Assembly (NCBI GenBank): GCA_964621445.1
Contig: CAZUNO010000003.1
Span: 64,001 to 128,000 of the forward strand
Reading direction: 5' to 3'
Source of the DNA: Candidatus Hadarchaeota archaeon
GTDB taxonomy: Archaea; CAYQAE01; CAYVLA01
Length of the DNA stretch: 64,000 nucleotides
Shown: one piece after another, positions 36,472 to 46,183 of the stretch
Numbering within the stretch: position 1 is the first letter of the stretch
Layout of the letters: the number at the start of each line of letters is the position of its first letter
Program-made: the position numbers and the translations under genes
The notes under the pieces: generated by a model
Told to the model about the DNA's origin: nothing
The model's input: only the letters and a program-made list of their open reading frames with translations
Database searches by the model: none

Positions 36472-39155
36472 CTAATGACCGATGGACTGGGTAATGGCCG
36501 GGTTCAAACCCTTGAACTTGGAGAGCCATTGAACCCTTTCCTCGGTTAGCTCCCTTACCAGTCGATCCGCCTGCTCCTCGGTATAGAAACGGTCCAGGTC
36601 ATACCTAGAGATATCGGTATCCGGGACCTCCTCGGGAACCAGGACGTTGAAGTACTTGCCCTCCTTCCAGTTGATCTCCCCACGGGCTATGGCCCTAATT
36701 ATGGCTGCCGACTCCGGAATCCCGATATCCTCGGCCTCCTGGTGGATTATCCTTCTACCATCCGAGGTCACTTTGGCAATCTCTCCCACCCCGCCGGTAT
36801 TGAATAGGTATAGCTGTAGCTTGTCCTGATGCCTCTTAGCGAAATCGTAAACGAAGTTGCCTTCCTGAGAAAAATCACCGACTATGAAGGGGTTCATCCC
36901 AACCACCCTAACCGACTGGCCGGCCTTGGTGGGGTCGCTTCCCGAGGTCTCGATCGATTCGCCAAGCATGAAAGCGGCCGCTGCCTGTTCTGGGGTTAGC
37001 TTGGAAACCGGGGGCACAACCGTGTTCCGTCTGGTGACGAACAGGATTATCATACCGTCTAGTTCATTCAGAGGAGGAATGTCCATGCTCTCGCTACAGT
37101 GCTCCTTGAAATCTTCTCTCTGCATTATTCCCCGCCCATTTCCGGTCAGGGTCTGATCGCCGAAGGAAACATTTCCCCGGTAATCAACCAGTACGTTCTC
37201 GAATATGGCCCGGGGCTTGGTAACCGCCTCGTATATTAGGGGCAGGATGCCGGGGTCGACGCCCTCCGTCTTGAGGTAGAAACCTGTTTCCGGCCCGTAG
37301 GCCTGACCGTTTGGCCTCAGAAATACCACATCATCCTGCACTATCTCGATGCCCTCCCCCTTGCCGTGGAGTCCATGATCATGGCATGTATGGGTGGTCT
37401 TCCCGGTTGCGGTGAGGCCAAAAATCAACATGCTATATCTCTTAAGGTCGCCGCTTTTCCTACTTCTGGCTCGCAGGATCTTTGACCCCGCGTGAAGGCC
37501 CAGCATGCCTCTCTGTTTGGCCTCCCACATGGCCATCCGTAGAAATCCCTTCTTATCCTCGCCGTAGTAATCGGTTCCCAGGATATAGGTGATGCCTATC
37601 TCCGGGAATACCAGGACCTGTCGGTCCTTTTCCTGCCACTCGGGTATGTGCAGAAGCTGGAGAACCGTATCACCCTCGCCCTTTTTGGGAGGAAGTCCCT
37701 GGCTCACCATGTAAGCCAGCCTTATCATCTCCCTTCTCTGGGTTGAAATGTAGAGCCTGCAGGTGGGAGTAAAGGAATCATTATCCCCCATATCGCGCTC
37801 CACGCAGACGAAAGGAGCCTTTTTCACGTAATCATGGACGTCTTTCAGGGTCTTGGGCAGGTTTCTGAGTATTCGTTTCTGCTTATCGTTGAGCTTGGTA
37901 CTCATGACCTCCTTGCTTCCGATGGAAACGGTGAGGGGTGCACTTCTATTCTTGACCGTGGAAACGAAACTGTAATTGTCGAATTTCGTCTTGGTTCCGT
38001 GTTCGTAGGCCATCGACCTCAGCTCATCGATCTCTGGCCGCATGACGTTCCTGCTGCCCTCCAGCTGCTCCATGGTATCCTTCACGAAGCCAAGGTCCGC
38101 GCTCTTAATCATCTGCTCAACCTCGGGGACCTCCTCTCCCTCCTGGACCTGGGTGAGGTACTCCCCGGACTCGATTATCTCTCTGATCCTCTTTTGGACC
38201 TCAAGGACCGGCTGGGCGGTGTTAACCTTGTAGCAGGAGGCAAACTGCAGGATGTCCTTGTAGAAACTGGTCTGAAGAGCCATTCTGTCCTCGGTCCTCA
38301 CCAGCCAGTGAGGGTTGAAGAAGGGGTCATCGGCCTTCCTCATAGCATCAATAGCGTCCTTCTGGCTCAGCCTGGAACAGACCCATCCCTCATTAGGATG
38401 TCTCTCCGTGATGAAGATAAGCTTGATACGGGTGGTGTCCAGGAACTTCTCCTGGCCACCTATCCACCAGGGATCAAGAATGAAATAGCCATCGGCTCTT
38501 TTGCAATCGTCAATGAGCTCCTTCATACTGGGATTTATCTTGGTGACCTCTTCCTTGACTAGGAACTTTCTCTCCGATACCAGCGTGGATATTCTACCGT
38601 GTTCTCCTCCCAATCTTTCAACATAGATCCAGTCATTGGAATGTATCCTTGCATTATCCAGCTCAAGTAGGAGATAGGTGTGGGTAGACTTTCCTACCCC
38701 CCTTTCTCCGGTGATCACCACGCCCTCCCCATTCACGTCCAGGAGGGAGCCGCGGATGAAGTGCATGTCCTTTTGTTCCTCTGAAACGTATATAGCCAGG
38801 CCCAGGGCTATTGACCTGATATCCTGATAGCTTGTCTTGTTAATGGTGACAGCGGTCTTTGTCTCTCCGTGGAAGGCGGCGGATGGTTCGGTGTCCGGGA
38901 CCCCGGTGACGGCGTAAACGACACCGTGGGGCCTCGTGGTATGCTCGTGTTCCAACCCGGGAGCTGCAAACCAGTTCTCACGCCAGAAATCGTCCAGATG
39001 TCTGTCATTGGTCCTTAGCTGTATGTATATGCCGTTAATATTGCATTCCAGACGTAGATCTCCCTGCCCATATACATCTCTGCTTGTCTTACCAACTCAT
39101 TTCTCTCGGCGAGGGAGATACCCGTCTCAACCAAATCATTGTGACCAACGGGCAT
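36472..39155 (-). CDS. PEP carboxykinase (ATP) with an extra N-terminal P-loop domain; apparent -1 frameshift near 39041
   Basis: C-terminal PEPCK motifs YYGEDKKG, GLHAG, GLTATGKTT, QDD, NGR; N-domain GERGVGKST...HSNDW. The main frame stays open upstream of 38955, and the RBS-bearing ATG 39155 is in a different frame. Confidence 0.8.
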
Positions 39156-39203
39156 CTTGCATACTCCTCTGGGTCAAGGCCTATAGAGGGCTAAAAAATA
39201 TAC

Positions 39204-40523
39204 TCATGATGAACGGCTCAACTCCACCTCAATCAGATTTCTAGTCTTTTCCTCTTCAGGGACAATCACCCGGCCCTTGATCAGGAATTGATCTATATCC
39301 TGGAATTCTCCCTTGAGCCAGGGGTGAAGGACGGCGGACATGTTGAAACCGTATTTTAAATCCGGTTTCAGATTTTGGAATTCTAACCGGCCGAAATCGA
39401 TAAGTTCCTCGTAGGGCCTGGAACTGTTTATTACCCCGTTTCCGTCCATTTTGGTTCCGTTATGAAAATCCATGAAGGGTATACCCGGCGTACCGACCCA
39501 AACTCCCCTCAGCTTCTTGTCCCGCTTGTCCCATTTTACTATGAACTTGCTCGGTATGAGAAGATGTGAAGTCCGGTTACTATACAAGCCGAGGTGCTCA
39601 TAGGCCTCCGAGAAGTCCAGGGAAACCTGTTTCTCGTTCTCGGCCAGGCCACTGTCCTCTTCGACGGTAATCATGTCTCCCGGCGCTTCTGATGCCCTTT
39701 GATACGCCTTTTCAACTATGGGCAGGGTTTTGGCTAGCTCCAACAGGTCCTCTCCCGAATAATTTGTGAAAGCGGGATATCGGAAATAGCCCGTGAATTC
39801 TATATCGACCCGTTCCACCTCCCTTGGTACGTCGTTTACCAGCATTACCGAGAATGGCTTTGCCTCGCCCGGTGATAGCTCCCTGGGGTATTGATAGTCC
39901 GTTATGCGGTCAGGCCTCTTTACATAATAATAACGGAAGGCAAGTATGGCTCCAGAGAAAATCAGGCCTAGGATAATAAGAACCGCGGTCCTCTTGTCCA
40001 GGATTAACGGCTCCCCTTTGGTCATACGATTTATGGTGGATATCTCCTTCACATCACGTTTGATATTTCTCTTAAGTCCGGAAAGTCCATGGTTCCTGGC
40101 CACGTTAACCACCCCGGCCAGGGCGATAATGCCAGCCCAGATTATGCCGTAGAAGTTAATCATGTACACAATCCCACTGATACCTCTCCAACCTACGTCG
40201 AGGAACTCCAGTACTACCAGTATTCGGAGGAAAAGGTAAAAACCTACCAGCGAGCCTATGGTGGCTATCCACCAACCTATCCTCCTCGACAATTTTGCCA
40301 CTAGATTCTGAATAAAAATTGGAAAGAAAATTCCCGAATAACCAATAGTCAAGCCCGCCTGAATGAAGAGGAAGATTATCTCCCCTGCATCGAACCCCCG
40401 GGTCTGCAGAAAGGAATAGATGAATACAAGGAGGATTATGGCGATATATAGAAAGAATAGCCTATAGTATCCCGGTAGGTAGCTCAGCCCTTCGAACCAT
40501 CTCTTGATCCTACTCAAAAACAC
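39204..40523 (-). CDS. Hypothetical membrane protein (about 5 TM plus C-terminal extramembrane domain)
   Basis: Hydrophobicity pattern; last gene of the 46109-39204 operon. Confidence 0.65.
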   Translation of the reverse strand: MFLSRIKRWFEGLSYLPGYYRLFFLYIAIILLVFIYSFLQTRGFDAGEIIFLFIQAGLTIGYSGIFFPIFIQNLVAKLSRRIGWWIATIGSLVGFYLFLRILVVLEFLDVGWRGISGIVYMINFYGIIWAGIIALAGVVNVARNHGLSGLKRNIKRDVKEISTINRMTKGEPLILDKRTAVLIILGLIFSGAILAFRYYYVKRPDRITDYQYPRELSPGEAKPFSVMLVNDVPREVERVDIEFTGYFRYPAFTNYSGEDLLELAKTLPIVEKAYQRASEAPGDMITVEEDSGLAENEKQVSLDFSEAYEHLGLYSNRTSHLLIPSKFIVKWDKRDKKLRGVWVGTPGIPFMDFHNGTKMDGNGVINSSRPYEELIDFGRLEFQNLKPDLKYGFNMSAVLHPWLKGEFQDIDQFLIKGRVIVPEEEKTRNLIEVELSRSS

Positions 40524-40535
40524 ACCAGATTGGTG

Positions 40536-41360
40536 TCAATCTTCTATTCTAACCCGGGTGCCATCACGCATTACCACGTGACTGCTCGGAGATGCCCCAA
40601 CTAGACGGAACTCCGTACCAAGTGAGGGATATGACTCGCCAAGTACCAGATCCTCGCCCATGAGGTCGTTCTTTACCTTGTCAGCGATCTTCCTCACCAG
40701 CGCCGATGGCAAGCCAAATGGAGATTTTAGGACAACGACCGTGGCGTCCTTCTTCTCCTCGTCTGTACTGACTTCCTCCTCGCCCCTGGCGATTTGTAGC
40801 TTTCCACCGCACTCTATGCAGTACCTCTCGCTCTCATCTAGACACTCGAAGCAGACCCTTCTTCCGCATTTTAGGCACTGGAACCCCTTGGTTGGTTGAC
40901 CACAGATAGAACAGGTGGTACAGTCGATGCACCTGGTGTCATCAGACCGGAGTTCGCCGTTATTATCGTAATACTTACCCTCGCACTTTGGTCCAAACCA
41001 TCTTCCGCAGCTGAAGCACTGTCTCAGAGCCAGCTCCACGTTGCACAGCTCACATATCTGTGCTGCCCCAAAACTTCCAACTATCTTTTTGGACCTGAAC
41101 TTGAAAATCTGGCCCCCTAAAGCTATCCCCACGCCGAAAACCATGGGTAGCCATATCCGCGGAGACCATACCTTGACCATACTGAACATGAATAGGCCGG
41201 TTGCTATGAGAGCCCCGCCTAGGAATAATAGAACACCAGGTATAGTCGTATTTAGTAGGCCCATGGGGCCGCCCTCGCCACCTTCAGCACCGCCTTCGCC
41301 TCCAGCTCCGCCGCCTCCGATGCCGCCCATGCCACCTGCCATTCCTCCTCCGCCCATCAA
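40536..41360 (-). CDS. Membrane-anchored tandem zinc-finger protein with C-terminal Cdc48 domain-2-like module
   Basis: Gly-rich N-tail, 2 TM segments, about 15 Cys in CxxC pairs, C-terminal VVLKSP...LMGEDLVLGE...FRLVGASP..HVVM..GTRV. Confidence 0.65.
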   Translation of the reverse strand: MMGGGGMAGGMGGIGGGGAGGEGGAEGGEGGPMGLLNTTIPGVLLFLGGALIATGLFMFSMVKVWSPRIWLPMVFGVGIALGGQIFKFRSKKIVGSFGAAQICELCNVELALRQCFSCGRWFGPKCEGKYYDNNGELRSDDTRCIDCTTCSICGQPTKGFQCLKCGRRVCFECLDESERYCIECGGKLQIARGEEEVSTDEEKKDATVVVLKSPFGLPSALVRKIADKVKNDLMGEDLVLGESYPSLGTEFRLVGASPSSHVVMRDGTRVRIED

Positions 41361-41426
41361 TCATATCACCAATGACGGTATAACTTCACCGAACTTTACT
41401 CAATAATGTAATCGAATTAAACGAGA

Positions 41427-42446
41427 TTACTCCGCAACCATCAACCTCGTATCACGCATAACTCTCACCAAGCCCGATGGCTCGGTCTCAGCTATTTCAA
41501 AATCCGCATCCAGCAGAGATATCTTGTCGCCCACCCTCAACTTCCTGGCATACAGAGCATCCAGAAGGTCATCCTGAATCTGATCCAAAATTTCCTGGGT
41601 CATCTCTGTACTAGATGTAATACTGATCTGCTCGGCCTCGCTGAGGTCCTCCCTCTGAACCGACTCGCCGATCACCGCGCCGTCTCTTAGGTAGGTGATT
41701 ATATCAACCACATCAGCGACCTTCGGGTCGTGGGTAGCAACGATAACCGTCGTGCCCTCCTCCTCCTGTAGACTCTTCATTAGATCGATGATCTCCAATC
41801 CGGTCTTGGTATCCAGGTTACCGGTCGGCTCATCTGCCAGGACCAGATCCGGGCTGTTTACAAGTGCCCTAGCGATTGCCACTCTCTGCTGCTCCCCTCC
41901 GCTTAGCTCCGTGGGCCTGTGATCAATTCGATCTCCCAGACCAACTCGGTCGAGAAGCTCCTTAGCCCGATCACGCCTCTCCTCTTCACCAGCACCGGCG
42001 AAAACCATAGGAAGCTCCACATTCTCAATAGCAGTCAGAACAGGTATCAGGTTGTAAATCTGGAATATGAAGCCGACGTTCTCCTGTCTCAGCTTCGAAA
42101 GGTGGGCCTGGTCCATGCCGGTTATCTCTCTACCGGACATGAGTACTTTACCGCTAGTCGGGGTGTCCAGGCCGGATATCATATTAAGGAAGGTGGTTTT
42201 TCCGCTACCGGATGGTCCCATATAGGCCACGAACTCTCCCCTCGATATCCTCGCATTCACGCTATCCAGGGCCTTAACCTCTAGTGTCTCATGGCCCATG
42301 TCAAAAATCTTGCTAAGGTCCCTGGTTTCTATTACGAACTGCTCTACCCCTTTCTTCTCTTCTGCGGGGGCGATCGCCTTCTTCTTCTTTGGGGATTTAT
42401 CCTTTCCCTCCTCTTCTTCAAGGTCTTCTTCCTTTTTACCACTCAT
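41427..42446 (-). CDS. LolD/MacB-family ABC ATPase with C-terminal Cdc48 domain-2-like extension
   Basis: [37 protein letters not shown]; about 70-aa C-terminal extension. Confidence 0.9.
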   Translation of the reverse strand: MSGKKEEDLEEEEGKDKSPKKKKAIAPAEEKKGVEQFVIETRDLSKIFDMGHETLEVKALDSVNARISRGEFVAYMGPSGSGKTTFLNMISGLDTPTSGKVLMSGREITGMDQAHLSKLRQENVGFIFQIYNLIPVLTAIENVELPMVFAGAGEEERRDRAKELLDRVGLGDRIDHRPTELSGGEQQRVAIARALVNSPDLVLADEPTGNLDTKTGLEIIDLMKSLQEEEGTTVIVATHDPKVADVVDIITYLRDGAVIGESVQREDLSEAEQISITSSTEMTQEILDQIQDDLLDALYARKLRVGDKISLLDADFEIAETEPSGLVRVMRDTRLMVAE

Positions 42447-44808
42447 ACATGAACGCCTCCACGGGCTCCATTTGCGCTGCCCGTCTTGAAGGATAGATTC
42501 CTGCAATAACCGCAACTAACACAGCGAGTCCAATTCCGGATATCCATCCGAGTACCATCGTAGGCATAGGCAGAGTTAGTCCCTGCCTCGTGAAGAAGAA
42601 TGCTAATGAAGTAACCGTTCCTAGGATGCACCCCAGCATACCTCCAAGTGCGCCAATTATCCCGGCCTCGGAAAGAAAGACCTTCATTACCTCTCCAGGT
42701 GTCGCTCCCACGGCCACCATTATCCCGATCTCCTTGGTCCTCTCCAGAACCGATGTCAGCATGGCGTTAGTTATTCCCAGAGCGCCGACGACTATGGCGA
42801 ATACAACGACCTGAAGTTGATATGATGCTATATCATATCCTGGCGAAAGTTGTCTCTGGAAAGCCGAAATCACCAGCAAATTCACTAGCATTCCAATACC
42901 AACGGTGATCCCCAGCGATGTCAGAAGACTCCTAAGCTTCCTCTTCCCCAAGTTCCTCGCCGCCATAGAGGCGTAATACGAACTCTTCACCATCCGGGAA
43001 ATAGATCCGAATACCCGGCCCTCGTTGGGACTTATTGCCCACTCTCCCGCGATCGCCTTTCTAGGCTCCAGTGACCCCGCCAACCTGGCTGGGAAAACGC
43101 CTGCTGCTACACTGACAAAGGTACCGATTGAAACCGATGCCATAATCCATAATGGGTTTATCTTTAGAGCGATGTCGGGAATGAAGGAGATAAACTGGGT
43201 CCCGGCTGAAAGCAGCAGACCGGTGAGATATCCTCCAATTCCCCCAATGAGCCCTATGATCAGCAGTTCGAATATATACATATCCATAATATGCCAGACC
43301 TCGGCGCCCATGGCACCCATGATGCCCACCTCTCGAACCCGTTCATAAATTGACAGCACGGTCGCATTCATCACCACGATGACTGCCACGGCCAGGGTAA
43401 TTAGAACGGACTGCATATGGGCGAGTTCCGTGGTCTTCACCTGGGCGGCCACGATCCTCTTTCCACCCTCGGTGGTGACCACCATTTTGGGTATCTCGGT
43501 GTTCATATCAGCCTTGCTGGCCACGTTCTCCGCTAGTTCGGCCGTATTCTTAACCCGGGCTATGTTATCGTCATCCGGGAAATTGACCTGAACCACCGCT
43601 TCCTGAACAACTTCCTTTGGGAAGGAGATTATCTCCTTCGCCGCCCTGTAATGGACATATATGTTCTTATTATCCTTTTTTCTGGGCGAGGCAAAAACTC
43701 CGACAACTCTCAGAAACGAATCTCTCACCACTGCTCCTCCCAGACCTCCCTCGGTTCCCCGGGAAAGTAGAATGAGATCACCGTCATCAGGTCCCACCTC
43801 GCCAATCCTCAGGTCGTTTGCAATCTCGACTCCTATGATGGCCGGATATACCGGTATATCGTTATAATCATCCTGTTTCCATTCCTCTTGGTCCAAGTAC
43901 TCCCCATTATCAATTACTAGCTCAATCTTTTGTCCACTGACCTCAGGAGAATAGCTGAACCAGAGGCGATACTGCAAAGTAACCTCTTCGGTTTCCTCAT
44001 CATATTCCTTGACCTTGACCTCAAGGTTGTATTGTCTATATTCCCTGTATTTCAGGTTGGGTATCTGTGTAAAACTATCATCCGTTATCTTGAACTCCTC
44101 GATATCCATAGATTTCAGTGGTGCTCCGGCCTCTCCATAAACACGTAGGCCGAACTCCCCCTCCGGCTCCGAGGGGATTACCATAAAGCTTAGTTCCGCA
44201 TTAAAACCATGAGTTACCTTCTCTTCAAGCCCGCCCGTGACCTCCAGAAGGCGGTCCTTTCCTCTAATTATGGAGCGGTTTAGGTTCTCCAAGGGGTCCC
44301 AGTAGGGAATTCCCGTGGTCTGGTTTACTCTCGGAGACCTTATCTTAGCCTCTGCCTCAGGGTCTATGCCTATTAGATTGATGAAACCGGGATAATCAGT
44401 TACCGGCATATTACTAATCGAGGGATGCTGAATTGTAAACCTCTCCCCGAACTTTCTAAGCAGGAGTTGTTCCCCGTTATCATCCGGGGTACCTATCCTA
44501 ACCGCCACTACATCGACCCTATCGTCGGCCTTTAAATCCTCAACCAGTTCTAGGGGCACCCGCCCAAGCCTAATACCTGACCTAACCCACTTGTTTGCTT
44601 CCACTACCAGGAAATCTCCGAAAAAGGGAAATGGCTGTCTTCCTGAGTGAAAACTCGTAATCTGAGCACTTATGGTGTCCTCGACGGAGACGATCACCAC
44701 AAAGCAGGCTATTGCTAAAATGACGCTCAGTATGGTAATTACGGAGCGGATACGCCTTCGTCTAAAGTTCTTCCAGGCTATTCGAAACATTGGGTTTTCT
44801 AGAACCAC
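42436..44808 (-). CDS. FtsX/MacB-type ABC permease with two tandem FtsX modules
   Basis: IAWKNFRRRRIRS, SIYERVREVGIM.AMGA, second module ARNLGKRKLRS...SVLERTKEIGIM.AVGA, PSRRAAQMEPVEA. Confidence 0.9.
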   Translation of the reverse strand: MVLENPMFRIAWKNFRRRRIRSVITILSVILAIACFVVIVSVEDTISAQITSFHSGRQPFPFFGDFLVVEANKWVRSGIRLGRVPLELVEDLKADDRVDVVAVRIGTPDDNGEQLLLRKFGERFTIQHPSISNMPVTDYPGFINLIGIDPEAEAKIRSPRVNQTTGIPYWDPLENLNRSIIRGKDRLLEVTGGLEEKVTHGFNAELSFMVIPSEPEGEFGLRVYGEAGAPLKSMDIEEFKITDDSFTQIPNLKYREYRQYNLEVKVKEYDEETEEVTLQYRLWFSYSPEVSGQKIELVIDNGEYLDQEEWKQDDYNDIPVYPAIIGVEIANDLRIGEVGPDDGDLILLSRGTEGGLGGAVVRDSFLRVVGVFASPRKKDNKNIYVHYRAAKEIISFPKEVVQEAVVQVNFPDDDNIARVKNTAELAENVASKADMNTEIPKMVVTTEGGKRIVAAQVKTTELAHMQSVLITLAVAVIVVMNATVLSIYERVREVGIMGAMGAEVWHIMDMYIFELLIIGLIGGIGGYLTGLLLSAGTQFISFIPDIALKINPLWIMASVSIGTFVSVAAGVFPARLAGSLEPRKAIAGEWAISPNEGRVFGSISRMVKSSYYASMAARNLGKRKLRSLLTSLGITVGIGMLVNLLVISAFQRQLSPGYDIASYQLQVVVFAIVVGALGITNAMLTSVLERTKEIGIMVAVGATPGEVMKVFLSEAGIIGALGGMLGCILGTVTSLAFFFTRQGLTLPMPTMVLGWISGIGLAVLVAVIAGIYPSRRAAQMEPVEAFMYEW

Positions 44809-44832
44809 GAGCTCCCACTCCTTTTTAGGAGT

Positions 44833-44934
44833 CTAACCTCTAACGTAGGCCAGATAACCGATGACCAGGATTATCAATACCCATATTATTATCAGGATGG
44901 TATTGAAGCCGGAAACCATTTGTGTAAGTACCAA
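44833..44934 (-). CDS. 33-aa single-TM microprotein (not in ORF track)
   Basis: TTG start, (M)VLTQMVSGFNTILIIIWVLIILVIGYLAYVRG; GGAGG RBS about 8 nt upstream. Confidence 0.55.
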   Translation of the reverse strand: MVLTQMVSGFNTILIIIWVLIILVIGYLAYVRG

Positions 44935-44946
44935 TTCATTGCCCTC

Positions 44947-45078
44947 CTATTCTCCCCAAAGATAGCCCCAGAGTATGATGTACAGGTGAAAGAACCCATA
45001 TGACAAAAGCAAGATGAAGAATATCTTGGAGGCGACTTTAATCTCGGCCGGACCACCGACTTGTGTTAACGGTATCAT
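44947..45078 (-). CDS. 43-aa single-TM microprotein (not in ORF track)
   Basis: MIPLTQVGGPAEIKVASKIFFILLLSYGFFHLYIILWGYLWGE; GGAGGAG RBS. Confidence 0.65.
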   Translation of the reverse strand: MIPLTQVGGPAEIKVASKIFFILLLSYGFFHLYIILWGYLWGE

Positions 45079-45091
45079 TATGACACTCCTC

Positions 45092-45295
45092 CTACTCTTC
45101 CTCCAAGCTTTCTCGTACCTTTTGTTCGTAATACCGCTGCTTCATCCTCCGCTCATCATACCAGAAGATGAGCACTCCCACTAGGGCGAGTACCACCACC
45201 GCAAGCATCAACAAAAGGTCCATCCATAGGAAACGGGTCCCAGTAAAGATGGGCTTGCGCATCGCGGGCAATAATCGCGTGATGACGCTTATCAT
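45092..45295 (-). CDS. 67-aa single-TM protein
   Basis: One TM segment followed by a charged tail; GAGGCGAT RBS; within the operon. Confidence 0.65.
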   Translation of the reverse strand: MISVITRLLPAMRKPIFTGTRFLWMDLLLMLAVVVLALVGVLIFWYDERRMKQRYYEQKVRESLEEE

Positions 45296-45308
45296 ATTCT
45301 ATCGCCTC

Positions 45309-46109
45309 TTACCACAATTCTCCTCTCTCTGCCTTTTCTTTCAACCGGTTCATCATATCAACGGTCAGGTAAAGGAATACCACGACCAGAACTCCAATGA
45401 CCAGGAACGCAGTTACACCCCAACCTGGCTTACCAAAAAGAACCGAAAACTCCCCTTGTTCCGGGATATTAGATGTTATGTGCCATAGAATTGCTACTCT
45501 ACCCGTTGCGGGGTCATATGACTTTCGGCCGTTGAGCGTCGGGTCCCAGTCCTTTGGTACATAATCCAGGGGCGGGAAGACCTTTACCATAAGCTCCACA
45601 ACATTGGCCTCGAATATGGGTGTGTCGAAATCAATCCGGGTATTATCGCCCGTTCTTCCCAAAACCTGGTCTCCAAGGGTCTTTTCCCCGACCCTGGAAA
45701 TACCCTCTTCGGCCGGAAGGTCATAGATGTAGTACTTCATTATTATGACGAAGTCGTCTCCAGCGTAAATCTTCTCGGGCAGGGTGATCTCGATTATCGT
45801 CTCGTTATCGCTCTGAATAATTCTCTTCGGTATTACCTTGGCAGCCGTGGTCTGAACCTGGGTATCGTTGGCATTGGGCATTTCGACCTCCCCGTAGGGC
45901 AGGGTTACGTTGATCTTTTCAACAAACCCCTCGAAGGCGTAAAGGGTTATCGCCTGAGAAACGAAAACTTGCCCTCCTCCCTCGTAGACCGTAATCTCAA
46001 AAGACTGAGTCGGATAGTAATAACTAACGGCTGACGCATTCTGAATCAGGAAAACGCTGACCAGAACTATGAAGATACACCCTGAAAGCTTTGAACCCTT
46101 GCCCATCAT
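45309..46109 (-). CDS. Secreted beta-rich protein with C-terminal TM anchor
   Basis: Signal peptide ending ASA, beta-sandwich-like body, C-terminal TM segment and basic tail; GAGGAGGT RBS. Confidence 0.7.
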   Translation of the reverse strand: MMGKGSKLSGCIFIVLVSVFLIQNASAVSYYYPTQSFEITVYEGGGQVFVSQAITLYAFEGFVEKINVTLPYGEVEMPNANDTQVQTTAAKVIPKRIIQSDNETIIEITLPEKIYAGDDFVIIMKYYIYDLPAEEGISRVGEKTLGDQVLGRTGDNTRIDFDTPIFEANVVELMVKVFPPLDYVPKDWDPTLNGRKSYDPATGRVAILWHITSNIPEQGEFSVLFGKPGWGVTAFLVIGVLVVVFLYLTVDMMNRLKEKAERGELW

Positions 46110-46175
46110 AGGAACCTCCTCAAGAATACACCCGGTTCCGGGCTACAGTTAGATGGCCGCGCATCCTGCTGAATC

Positions 46176-46183
46176 TATATAAA
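46176..46183 (-). promoter_or_regulatory. TATA box of the 46109-39204 operon
   Basis: Minus-strand TTTATATA preceded by A-rich BRE-like CAAAACA. Confidence 0.6.

Noticed and set aside
37834-38562. 242-aa plus-strand ORF, and the many other antisense or overlapping ORFs in the track
   Set aside because: Shadow frames of well-supported genes on the opposite strand, with no motifs.
41265-41357. Low-complexity CCG/CCT/CCA-rich tract
   Set aside because: It encodes the Gly-rich N-terminus of a protein and is not an independent DNA repeat.
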